Below are positions 30,201 through 39,823 of a stretch of DNA of 64,000 bases, piece after piece. The stretch covers positions 1,312,001 through 1,376,000 of the forward strand of contig OZ242318.1 of the NCBI GenBank assembly GCA_965208105.1, read 5' to 3'. Numbering within the stretch: the stretch's first letter is position 1; each line of letters starts with the position of its first letter. The notes under the pieces are model-generated. The model was not told the DNA's origin. It did not search any database and was given only the letters and a program-made list of their open reading frames with translations. The DNA comes from Candidatus Latescibacterota bacterium. Lineage in GTDB: Bacteria; Latescibacterota; UBA2968; UBA8231. The position numbers were made by a program, and so were the translations under genes.

Positions 30201-30367
30201 CGGGTAGACGCCAGGACCACGTTGGCGGCAGGCAGGGGCGCGCCGCTGCCGGCGTCCCGCACCACGCCGGCGATCTTGCCCGTGGCCGCGTGGGACGCGG
30301 GGCAGCTCAGCGCCAGAAGCAGCCCCACACGGCCCATAACGGCGCCTGCTGAACGCCCCTTGAACAT
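27254..30367 (-). CDS. TonB-dependent receptor (paralog B)
   Basis: Paralog of 20663-23803; same plug and barrel motifs, ends PRRIRFGVKVGL. Confidence 0.93.
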   Translation of the reverse strand: MFKGRSAGAVMGRVGLLLALSCPASHAATGKIAGVVRDAGSGAPLPAANVVLASTRWGAAADAEGRFFILNIPPGVYTLKITYVGYAPCTLEDVRVSADLTTRLEVVLEAAGVQVGEVVVRAERPLIDKNATNAVRILEGADLEVLPLRGVHNVLGLQTGMVEEQGRFHVRGSRSDEIGYYVEGANVRNIVTGFSAVELIDEALAEVQLQAGGFNAEYGGANGGIVLQELRTGGPRWDVGFLAESDRFTGKYRERLGTFSYGYSNQVLTLSGPLAGQRRVRLFAAGQRRARDSRPVFWDGFEFAGLADSGDRGGSLHWGAAGLPDSVRVLRVRPGNIDHSGREALIFNGTLLFDYHPFQVRCTGLYSEEELKLNPAPVRNVLNQERLPRTTSVSALMRAQATHLLDPSLFYQLSLTRYNQGRKSADPIFEDHFWVYNDSAAVAAEGKAFVPYFRQGVAPRPYDLHGFPFNRFGAPTSFANGISDASFFFEEEDQYWGLAGSLVKQTRVHQLKLGFDYQRWTSRRYLVLLRSLRAAIAADHPHLEEVYRRYYGGEIGAGEILGEMIAAASAAPPGEGDLEDFRKLVRRNSQADFYGFDEFGRRRDGSGLEAPRRPVVAAAYLQDKVEYNDLIVNAGLRYDYFDVDSWRFRDPTAPVRDAEAVTIDPASMRRTRRFHRLSPRLGLSFPVSDRTAFHVQYGRFVQMPRLRDMFTGGAALSLELSGSHFIASPTAFDVEPVRTTQYEIGFENQFGGSAAFDLTGFYRDVRGQLQVRRQDISLAAVDAGAYNYLQNGDFATVRGLEMVFRLRRTRGLRAVLNYTLSAARGTGSAHNSAIAAVENDAVLPTVVAPLDFNETHRGNVHLDYRLGQDSGLALLRRTGANLLLQFSSGHNFTLVEGSIGQRGPELGAILAADDPRQRRPLEAINSSTTPWRLQVDLGVDKGFTLFNAGAQVFVYVQNLFNRRNVVNVYGRTGNAGDDGFLSDKDLSSQVVEAHGGQVYRDLYEAINLANRQHYWFTSGGDLYDEPRRIRFGVKVGL

Positions 30368-30488
30368 GGTCCTTCACTCCCAGGTTACAAGCGCAGAATA
30401 TAAAGCCCGGCGGGGTCGGCGCAATTGAGCCGCCGCCATGCTCCGGGAGGTTGCCGGCTCCCGGTCCCGAGCCGGCTCCTGCCCCGCG

Positions 30489-30517
30489 TTGACATGGTCC
30501 GGGGCCCTGGTTAAGAT
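30489..30517 (+). promoter_or_regulatory. sigma70 promoter
   Basis: TTGACA-17-TAAGAT. Confidence 0.65.
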
Positions 30518-30551
30518 GTTGAAACTCCTCCTCTGACGAAAACGCACCCAT

Positions 30552-31415
30552 ATGCCTCGAACCCTGTCTGCCCTGGCCATCCCGGCCATACTTGCGCTTG
30601 CCTCCTGCGGCGGCGACGCCGGGCCCAACCCGCTCCCCGAACTGCCCTGCGGCGGCGAAGCCGCGGCGGCTTCCCGAAACAACGCCGCTCCCGTCCTCCT
30701 TTCCACCGCGGCGCCGGAGGTCCTCGTTTCCGGCAGCGGGCCCACCCTCTTTTCCGCCATGGTGCAGGACGGCGACGCCATCGCCGACGTCCCCGCCGTG
30801 GTCATGAACCTGAAGCGGCAAAACGAGGTGGTGGGCAGCGAATGTCTGCCGCTGCAGCAGGCCTCCGGCGACAGCGGCCGCTTCGGAGCCCTCCTGGACT
30901 CGACCCTCGCCGCCGGCCTCATGGGGGATTATCTCCTCGAGTTCCAGGCATTCGACCGGAGCAACACAGCGTCGAACCTGCTGACCAGGAACATCTTTCT
31001 GGAAAACCTGGCGCCCATCCCGTTCGATCCCGAAGCCCCCGACACGGTGCAGCGCCAGATCGGCGTTCCCGTCCAGGTGCGGCTCTCGGTGGCCGACCCC
31101 CAGGGCTACGGCGACATCGACTCGGTCTACTTCAAGTTCCTGAAGCCCGACGGAACCTTCGGGGGAGACAGCCCCGATCCCAACAACGAGGAACGGATGT
31201 ACAAGGAAGGAGGGTTCCACTTCCTCCTCTTCGACGACGGCAATCCCGAGATCGGCGACGAGAAGGCCGGGGACGGACGCTTCTCATGGAGCTTTCCGGT
31301 GGAATCGGGCGCCATGCTCGGACCCTACACCTTCATCTTCTACTCGCGCGACAGGGCCGGCAACCTGTCTGCCGCCCTCACCGATTCCTTCGAGCTGGTC
31401 CCCTTCGGCAGGTAA
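30552..31415 (+). CDS. Lipoprotein with Ig-like domains and a choice-of-anchor-X-like motif
   Basis: Lipobox LASC; VADPQGYGDIDSV; LFDDGNPEIGDEKAGDGRFS; DRAGNLS. Confidence 0.7.
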   Translation: MPRTLSALAIPAILALASCGGDAGPNPLPELPCGGEAAAASRNNAAPVLLSTAAPEVLVSGSGPTLFSAMVQDGDAIADVPAVVMNLKRQNEVVGSECLPLQQASGDSGRFGALLDSTLAAGLMGDYLLEFQAFDRSNTASNLLTRNIFLENLAPIPFDPEAPDTVQRQIGVPVQVRLSVADPQGYGDIDSVYFKFLKPDGTFGGDSPDPNNEERMYKEGGFHFLLFDDGNPEIGDEKAGDGRFSWSFPVESGAMLGPYTFIFYSRDRAGNLSAALTDSFELVPFGR

Positions 31416-31533
31416 AACCCGGCAGTGCCGCCCGAGAAGGCCACGACCCGCCCAGGGAAGCCGGCTTGCCCCGGCAGCTGGATTCTGCCCCACCGTCCCG
31501 CCACCCTCGCGGGGAATGCGGACCGGCTTCCCC

Positions 31534-32403
31534 TCAAGAGCCGAACCGGTGCTTCAGGGTGAGGCCCAGGTTCCAGCCATGGGCGGCATCGAAGGTGGTC
31601 TGATTGGTGAAGGGGGGATCTCCCTCTTTTTGCATTGGGTGCCGGGCATAGGTCCCGGTGTCCTCGATCTTTCCGACCCGGGAGTATGTCAGCCTGGCGC
31701 CCAGCAGGATGCGCTCGTTCAGGGCCCAATCGGCGCCGGCGTGGAGCCTGATCACCGCAACCGTGTCGGAGTGATCGACATCCTGCCGGCTGTTGTAGTA
31801 GGACAGGGGCGGATCGTAGACCGGGGGCGACTCCGAGGTATCCTGGTAATCGTTGGAGTAAAGCAGGTCGCTGACCTCGACGAAGGCCGTCCCCAGCCCG
31901 GCGCCGAGGTATGGGGTGAGGACGCGCGCTGCACGGAAGTCTCTGTAGAGGTTCAGCGCCAGAACGCGGGTGGTGAGGTAGCCGATGGAAGCCACGTCGT
32001 TGGAAACCACCGACCCGCCGCTCGCAGCCCAGGGGCGGCCGTCGAGGTACTCCAGGGCGGCGAAATCCTGCTCGATGTCATTCCTGCTCTGCGAGCCCGA
32101 GACCTCCAGGCGCAAGGGGCCGAACCTGCGGCCGCAGGTGAGCTCGAAGCCGGCGCCGGGATCGGCGTCGATGGCGTAGCGCCAGCGGTAGCCCGCTATC
32201 TCCGGGGCCGGATCGGCAACGAAGCAGGCGCCGGTGGGATAGCACACCGTGTCCCGGTTCCAGCCCACCTGGTCCATGCCCGAGCTCAGGGCAAATCCGC
32301 CCCCGGCGCTGAAGTACCAACCCGACTCCCCTGCCTCAGCGCCGGGAGCTGCCGCCAGGACAGCACAAGCGATGGCGAACGGCCGGACGATCGAAACCCT
32401 CAT
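31534..32403 (-). CDS. Outer-membrane beta-barrel protein (OmpA-like/opacity/P44-Msp2-type)
   Basis: Signal peptide, GWYFSAGGG, NLYRDF..LTPYLGAGLG, LGLTLKHRF; GGAGG RBS. Confidence 0.75.
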   Translation of the reverse strand: MRVSIVRPFAIACAVLAAAPGAEAGESGWYFSAGGGFALSSGMDQVGWNRDTVCYPTGACFVADPAPEIAGYRWRYAIDADPGAGFELTCGRRFGPLRLEVSGSQSRNDIEQDFAALEYLDGRPWAASGGSVVSNDVASIGYLTTRVLALNLYRDFRAARVLTPYLGAGLGTAFVEVSDLLYSNDYQDTSESPPVYDPPLSYYNSRQDVDHSDTVAVIRLHAGADWALNERILLGARLTYSRVGKIEDTGTYARHPMQKEGDPPFTNQTTFDAAHGWNLGLTLKHRFGS

Positions 32404-32622
32404 GAAAGACCTCCCGGGGTGAAAAATTGAATTGACTTGAAATAGTCCGGGTGATAAACATAGGAATAGCCGAGAACGATGTTCAAGTGCCGCACACAAC
32501 CCGAATGGCTGAAATTTGGCTCGGGAAACGGTATCGGCGACCCTGCTGCGGACAGCGGGTGGGAATTCCGTTTCCGCGGCCTGCCCCCACAGCTGATGAC
32601 GGGCGGCGAAAGGAGTGAAATC

Positions 32623-33381
32623 ATGCGCCTGGCTTCGAGCATTTTGCTCATTTGTTTTGCCTTCGCTCTCGTACCGGGCATTGGGCATGACGAGGCCAGG
32701 GGACAGGACCGGTTTGTCGTCGACGGAGACCGGCGGGATTGGGGATCGGGTAAGTACCCGGATACATTCTTCGACGTCGTCCCCGATTCCAACAACAGTA
32801 TCGACATCATATCCTATGCGGCCTTCGAAGATCATTCCGGTAAGATAAAACGGGAGGGACGCGAATTTTATTTCCTTATCGAGTTTCTCGAGCCTCCATA
32901 TCAGGGAACCGAGGCCACCTCGGTGGAGCTGTTTTTCGACGTGTCGGCCGATACGACCATTGGAGAAGCCACCCCGCCCTGGGTCAACTTCCTCCCGGAC
33001 TACCGCATCGAAATCATCGGCCGCAACGGAAGTATTTCAAAGGAGATCCACCACCGGCTTGCCGGAAACCGATGGATTTCCACGGAAGGGGAGGACCTGC
33101 CCGAGGTGGAGGCCGCCCAGGCGGGTCAGTGGCTCGAAGGAGCGATTCCCTGGGCAGCCCTGGGCAATCCCGGCGACTCCGAAGGTGAGAAGGAGAGGGG
33201 GTATTTCCAATTCAAGTGGGCCGTGAGAAGCACCCAGGGCGGTTCTCATGATTACGTTCCCGACGGGGACAACCTGCAGTCCCCGTGGAGTCCCATGGGA
33301 GGAAAGATCTTCACCGGTGTGGAGCCCCGCTCCTGGGGCCGGATCAAGAGCGATGCCCGTGCGCGGGGAGGGTTGGAGTGA
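32623..33381 (+). CDS. Secreted hypothetical protein with C-terminal VEPRSWGRIKS motif
   Basis: AAGGAG RBS, Sec signal, VVDGDRRDW start, beta-rich DOMON/CBM9-like pattern (LEGAIPWAALG). Confidence 0.7.
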   Translation: MRLASSILLICFAFALVPGIGHDEARGQDRFVVDGDRRDWGSGKYPDTFFDVVPDSNNSIDIISYAAFEDHSGKIKREGREFYFLIEFLEPPYQGTEATSVELFFDVSADTTIGEATPPWVNFLPDYRIEIIGRNGSISKEIHHRLAGNRWISTEGEDLPEVEAAQAGQWLEGAIPWAALGNPGDSEGEKERGYFQFKWAVRSTQGGSHDYVPDGDNLQSPWSPMGGKIFTGVEPRSWGRIKSDARARGGLE

Positions 33382-33514
33382 GACCGGAGAATGGTCTGGA
33401 TTCCCGCCAAGCGGTTCCTTTATATAGAAATCGGGAGATCGGGACAATCATCTCCCCTCTTCTAAAAAACGATGGTGTATTCCGCACCCCTCCGATCTCC
33501 GGAAATTTGCAGGC

Positions 33515-33765
33515 TCAGAAATAGCGGCTCATTCTCAATAACAGGCTGACATCGGAGGCGTCCACGCTCGCCGGGACGCTGACTCCCACCTCGTCGAAGG
33601 GAGTGACCCAGCTTTCGCTGCCGTACCGGGTGTAGCGAATCTCGGCGCGCAGGGCCATTTGCCGGCCGAGTTCCTTTTCCACCCCGATGCCGGCGCTCCA
33701 ACCCTGCAGAACCAGGTCGCGGGAGTCCGATCCGGAGCTGAAGTCGGGGTCGCCTCCCGTGGAAG
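33515..33765 (-). pseudogene. C-terminal fragment of an outer-membrane beta-barrel protein
   Basis: GWSAGIGVEKELGRQMALRAEIRYTRYG...SRYF are typical terminal barrel strands; there is no signal peptide and no room for the N-terminal half. Confidence 0.6.
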
Positions 33766-33867
33766 GCGGCATACAGTGGAGGAACCGGAGGGCTGAACCG
33801 GACCCTGGCATTTTCATCAGGTGCCGAGTTAAAGCACCATTCAACGAGGCAGGCATGCTGCTGCGAC

Positions 33868-35289
<1,422 letters not shown>

Positions 35290-35309
35290 TGTGCTCTTGC
35301 CTCGCTCGG

Positions 35310-36563
35310 TTAGCGGGGAAGGGAGATTGTGAAACAGGTGCCTCCGGGCTCCCGGCTTTCGGCGCGGATTGCACCCCCGTGGGCCTCGACGATCTTCTTG
35401 CAGGTGACGAGGCCCAGGCCGGTGCCGTCTTCCTTGGTGGTGAAGAAGGGAGTGAACAGCTTCTGCCGCACCTCCGGGCTCATGCCGACGCCTCCGTCGC
35501 AGACCCGCAGCATTGCCCGCGGCGGGTCCCGGGTCGGGGAAACGCCGACCTCCACGTCGATTACACCGCCGGCGGGCATGGCCTGGGTGGCGTTCTGCAG
35601 CAAGTTGAGGATGACCTGGCGGAACTGATCGGGGTCGAGGTTGCATACGATGCCGCTCGCGGTGTGGCGGCAGTTGATGCTTACGCCCGCCCCCGTGCAG
35701 GCCGGGTCTACGGCGAAGAAGGAGGCGGTTCCTTCCACCAGCTCCACCAGATCGACGGGATGGGGATTGAGTTGAAGGGGACGGGTGTAGGCCAGCAGGC
35801 TGGAAACTATGCGGTTGAGACGGGCAATCCCCTCGCTGATCTTGCCCGCCAGGCGGCGGCGGGGATCGCCTTCTTCCAGGTCGCGCTCGAGAAGGGCGGC
35901 GAAGCCGGCCATTCCACCCAGGGGATTGCGGATTTCGTGGGCAACAGTGGCCGCCATCTCGCCCAGGGCGGCAAGGGTGTGGACCCGCTGCAACTCGGCC
36001 TCCATGCGCTTGGCCTCGGTGAGATCGGTGAAAACCTCCACCGCTCCCATGACCTCCCCACCGCTGTCGCACACCGGCGCCGTGCTGAATCCCAGGGGAA
36101 TGGAGCGGCCGTCCGGGAGCATCAGGACCTTCTCACGGCTCGAATGGACCTGGCCGCTTTCCACGGTGTGCAGCACCGAGTTCTCGCGTCCTGCGTGGAG
36201 ACCGATCACCTCCTCGTAGGGCCGGCCCAGGACCTCCTCCTCGCTGCGGCCGCTGATGGCTTCCGCCGCCCGGTTGAAGAGTGTGAGGTTCCCGTCCAGG
36301 TCCACCACCAGGACCCCGGCGCTGAGGCTCTCCAGGATGTTGTTCAGGTAGTTGCTGACCCGGTCCTTCTCGTCGAGACTCCTGCCCAGTTCCAGGTTGG
36401 CCTCTTCGAGCCTGAGGCTCAGGGTGGAGAACTGTTCCTCCAGGTGCCTGTAGGCCTCCGCGTACTTGCGCGTGGTCTCGTCGAAGAAGGAGCCGGCCAA
36501 CGCCTCCTCGAGCCGGGCGCCGGGCTGGCTGAAGTTCAGGATATGCTTTTGTGGCGCGTTCAT
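35310..36563 (-). CDS. Cytoplasmic PAS histidine kinase (FleS/FlrB-like)
   Basis: N-terminal coiled coil, PAS FNRAAEAISG, H-box AHEIRNPL, NLLQNA, DGGVG, FFTTK, GTGLGL; no TM helix. Confidence 0.92.
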   Translation of the reverse strand: MNAPQKHILNFSQPGARLEEALAGSFFDETTRKYAEAYRHLEEQFSTLSLRLEEANLELGRSLDEKDRVSNYLNNILESLSAGVLVVDLDGNLTLFNRAAEAISGRSEEEVLGRPYEEVIGLHAGRENSVLHTVESGQVHSSREKVLMLPDGRSIPLGFSTAPVCDSGGEVMGAVEVFTDLTEAKRMEAELQRVHTLAALGEMAATVAHEIRNPLGGMAGFAALLERDLEEGDPRRRLAGKISEGIARLNRIVSSLLAYTRPLQLNPHPVDLVELVEGTASFFAVDPACTGAGVSINCRHTASGIVCNLDPDQFRQVILNLLQNATQAMPAGGVIDVEVGVSPTRDPPRAMLRVCDGGVGMSPEVRQKLFTPFFTTKEDGTGLGLVTCKKIVEAHGGAIRAESREPGGTCFTISLPR

Positions 36564-36636
36564 TTCTGCCTGCCGCTCTCGGACAGGGTCGCCGGAACCT
36601 CGCCTCCGCGCGGTCCCTGCCCCGGCGGCTCCAGGC

Positions 36637-37902
36637 TCACCTTCTCCTTATCAGTACATAGGGCCCTTTGGGCACCACCGCCAGTCGCGCCCCGGGTCCG
36701 CAACGACCCAGGGCCTGCTCCAGTCCCCGCTCCACCGAGTCCACCTGGTCCACCAGCAGGCGGCCATGGCAGCGGGTTGGAATGCCCTCGGCAAAGAGCA
36801 TCACCCGGGCTTTGTCCAGTACCTTGCAGAGCTCCTGCAATTGCCACTGGTCGATGGTGAAGAAACCGGGATCGTCCAGTTTCTCGCGAAAGTCGGAAAC
36901 GCTGGAAGTCTGCAGCAGCAGCTCGGTGAACTCGGGGCTGCCGACCCCCTCCCGGCATTGGGCGGCCAGCACGATGACCCCTCCCTTGCGGACGGCGGGC
37001 AGCACCGCGGTCAGCCCCTTGACCGCCTGGTAGAAGGTCAGATCCAGTGGATAACCTGCCGCGGTGGTGAGGACCACGTCGGCGGGCTCGTCCACGAAGA
37101 CCCCGTTCTGCTCCTCGACGAAGCGCACGCCCGCGGCGTGGGCCTCCTCCAGTTCCCCGCAGAAGATTCCCGCGATCCGGCGCTGGTCGTTCATGGCCAC
37201 GTTGAGGCTGAAGTCCACCCCCGCCCTGCGGGCAACCTCCAGGGCCTGGCGGTGAAACGGGTTGCCGGCGATGATGCCTTCCGCCGACCTGGGATGGCCG
37301 ATCAGCTCGGGACCGTGCAGCACCCTCATGGTATCCACTCCCATGAGGCCCGGACAAATGGCCTTGCGCCCGCCCGAAAACCCCGCCATCAGGTGGGGCT
37401 CGATCAGGGAGGTGGCAATCTTCAGATCGGCCTCGACGTAGATCCTGTCGATCCAGATGGGCGCTCCGCAGGAGGTTTCTCCGAGGTGGACCAGGGTCTC
37501 CCTGTCGCGCGCCTTGTGGTTGACGATGCGGTAGTCGCGGGCGATCTCGGGGCCGACCAGGGCCGCCAGCTCGTCTCCCTCGTTGGGCCGGTGCAGGCCG
37601 GTGCCGACGAGAATGGTTATCTGCTCCCGGGGGATCCCGGCCTCGTTAAGAACCTTCAGTATGGGCGGCAGGATGGTGGCATTGGGCACCGGGCGGGTGA
37701 TGTCGGCAATCACGATGCAGGGGTTCCTGCAGCCCGCCGCCAGGGTGCCCAGGGAGGGCGTACCAAGGGGGCGGAGCAGGGCCTCCTGCAGGCGCTCCTC
37801 GACCCGGTCGAGACCCGGAGCCCCGGCCATGCGCAGCACCCGGGCATGGTCCGGCACCTCGACCTGGAGCCCATGGCGGCCATAGTCGAGATCCAGCTTC
37901 AC
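36637..37902 (-). CDS. larA: Nickel-pincer-dependent lactate racemase (LarA) family protein
   Basis: DITRPVP, GTGLHRP, VNH, EPHLMAGFSGGRK, YQAVKG; substrate not determinable. Confidence 0.9.
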   Translation of the reverse strand: MKLDLDYGRHGLQVEVPDHARVLRMAGAPGLDRVEERLQEALLRPLGTPSLGTLAAGCRNPCIVIADITRPVPNATILPPILKVLNEAGIPREQITILVGTGLHRPNEGDELAALVGPEIARDYRIVNHKARDRETLVHLGETSCGAPIWIDRIYVEADLKIATSLIEPHLMAGFSGGRKAICPGLMGVDTMRVLHGPELIGHPRSAEGIIAGNPFHRQALEVARRAGVDFSLNVAMNDQRRIAGIFCGELEEAHAAGVRFVEEQNGVFVDEPADVVLTTAAGYPLDLTFYQAVKGLTAVLPAVRKGGVIVLAAQCREGVGSPEFTELLLQTSSVSDFREKLDDPGFFTIDQWQLQELCKVLDKARVMLFAEGIPTRCHGRLLVDQVDSVERGLEQALGRCGPGARLAVVPKGPYVLIRRR

Positions 37903-38786
37903 CGGTCATCCTCCAGCAGGTCCCTCAGATGGGCGCGAAAGGCCGCGCCGTGGCGGGGATCGGCGAGGGCAAAATCGGCGAAGGCGCGGTAGTAGGTCAG
38001 GGGAGTGCCGATATCGTAGCGCCGCTCGTCCGGGCGCAGGCGCACACAGCGCACCTTCCTGCCCTGGTGGATCAGGATGCGGATGGCGTCGGCGATCCAC
38101 AGCTCACCGCCGACTCCTGGCTCGATGGCATCGATGGCCGCGAAGATCTCCGGAGTGAAGATGTAGCGGGCGGCTACGGCCAGGGAACTGGGGGCCTCTT
38201 CCGCACTCGGCTTTTCGACGATATCGGCAATGGCGAAATCCTCCCCGGGTTCGCCGGCGGGCTGAACCACCCCGTACTTGCTGAGTTCGGCGCGGGGCAC
38301 CTCCCACACGCCCACCGTGGCGGCGCAGCCGTGGCGCTGGTGCGCGGCGATCATGCGGCCGACCACCCCCGGATTCCGCGGCGAGCTGACGATGGTGTCG
38401 CCGAAGCCGACCACGAAGGACTCGTCGCCGACGAACTCCGCCGCCAGGCGGACCGCGTCGGCGTTGCCGGTGGGACGACGCTGGCGCGCGTAGAGGAACT
38501 CGACCCCTTCCGCCTCGTAGTCCACCTCCCCGATGGCCCGCTCTCCGGCTCGCAGGTGGGCGCTGAGCTCGGGGTCGTCGTCGAAGTGGTCCTCGATGGA
38601 GCGCTTCTTGCGGCCGGTGATGAACAGGAACTTGCTCAGGCCTTGCTCGATCATCTCTTCCACCACGTACTGCACCACGGGCTTGGAGCCCACGGGCAAC
38701 ATCTCCTTGGGCTGGGACTTGGTCGCCGGCAGAAGCCGTGTGCCCATGCCCGCCACCGGAAGAACCGCTTTGCGAATCGCCGTCAT
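37899..38786 (-). CDS. galU: UTP-glucose-1-phosphate uridylyltransferase-like nucleotidyltransferase
   Basis: KAVLPVAGMGTRLLPATKSQPKEMLP, IEDHFD, VEKP, RYDIG. Confidence 0.85.
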   Translation of the reverse strand: MTAIRKAVLPVAGMGTRLLPATKSQPKEMLPVGSKPVVQYVVEEMIEQGLSKFLFITGRKKRSIEDHFDDDPELSAHLRAGERAIGEVDYEAEGVEFLYARQRRPTGNADAVRLAAEFVGDESFVVGFGDTIVSSPRNPGVVGRMIAAHQRHGCAATVGVWEVPRAELSKYGVVQPAGEPGEDFAIADIVEKPSAEEAPSSLAVAARYIFTPEIFAAIDAIEPGVGGELWIADAIRILIHQGRKVRCVRLRPDERRYDIGTPLTYYRAFADFALADPRHGAAFRAHLRDLLEDDR

Positions 38787-38826
38787 CTGCACAGGATGGA
38801 TTGAATGAAAGCTGCTGTAACTACTA

Positions 38827-38901
38827 AAAATAGGCCACAATTCATCCCCGATCAAGGCCGCCCCTCCCGCGCTTGACGCCCGGGTGCAGCCCCCGTATTA
38901 T
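38827..38901. promoter_or_regulatory. Divergent sigma70 promoters
   Basis: Minus TTGATC-17-TATTTT (38827-38855); plus TTGACG-17-TATTAT (38873-38901). Confidence 0.55.
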
Positions 38902-38914
38902 TTCGAAATCATCC

Positions 38915-39823
38915 ATGGCTTCCACTTCACCACCCGCTCCACTCAGGCGCATCGGCCGGTCCATCGAGGTCCATCGTTCCCAACCTGCCCGCGGCCCCAT
39001 CCGCCACGCTCTCTTCGACTTCGACGGCACCCTGTCCCTGATCCGCGCCGGCTGGCAGGAGGTGATGGTTTCCCATTGCTGCTGGGAACTGAGCCGCACC
39101 CCGGCCGCCGAATCGCGGCAGGAGCTGGAGCAGGTCTGCCGCGAATTCATCACCCGGTTGACCGGAGCCCAGACCATCTATCAGATGATGGAACTGGGAA
39201 AGCAGGTTGCCAGGCGCGGAGGCGAGCCCCTGCCCGCCTCCACCTACAAAGGCCAGTACCTCGACCGGCTGCAGCGGCGCATCGGCCACCGGCTCGCGGC
39301 ACTGGAGGAGGGCCGCGAGCCGGCCGCGGCGTACCTCGTGCGCAACAGCCTCTCCCTGCTCCGGGGGCTGGCCCAACGCGGGGCAACCTGCCATCTGGCC
39401 AGCGGCACCGACCATCACCACGTCGTCGCCGAGGCCGGCCTGCTGGGACTCGCCCCCTTCTTCGGAGACAGAATTTACGGAGCCCGGGAGGACCTGCGCG
39501 CCTTCTCCAAGAGGAAGGTGATCGAGGACATCCTGGGGGCCAACGGCAGGGGCAGCGCCCTGGCGGTCTTCGGCGATGGCTACGTGGAAATCTCTGCGGC
39601 AGTCGAGGCAGGCGCCCTGGCCATTGGGATCGCCAGCCGCGAAAGCGGCGGTGCGGGAATGGACCCATGGAAAAAGAAGCGCCTGCTGGAAGTGGGTGCC
39701 CACATCCTGGTCCCCGACTGGCAGGAGGCCGACCTGCTGCTGGGCCATATCTTCGGGGAAGTCGATGCCCCTGGCGGCCGCCACCTCCCGACCGCTGGAA
39801 AGGCGGCGCCTCATGGCCTATGA
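38915..39823 (+). CDS. HAD-family hydrolase
   Basis: Motif I FDFDGTLS, motif II LASGT, K, motif IV GDGYVE. Confidence 0.85.
   Translation: MASTSPPAPLRRIGRSIEVHRSQPARGPIRHALFDFDGTLSLIRAGWQEVMVSHCCWELSRTPAAESRQELEQVCREFITRLTGAQTIYQMMELGKQVARRGGEPLPASTYKGQYLDRLQRRIGHRLAALEEGREPAAAYLVRNSLSLLRGLAQRGATCHLASGTDHHHVVAEAGLLGLAPFFGDRIYGAREDLRAFSKRKVIEDILGANGRGSALAVFGDGYVEISAAVEAGALAIGIASRESGGAGMDPWKKKRLLEVGAHILVPDWQEADLLLGHIFGEVDAPGGRHLPTAGKAAPHGL

Noticed and set aside
16035-30367. Diversity-generating retroelement or mobile element as the source of the duplication
   Set aside because: No reverse transcriptase, integrase or transposase, and no adenine-specific TR/VR pair is visible
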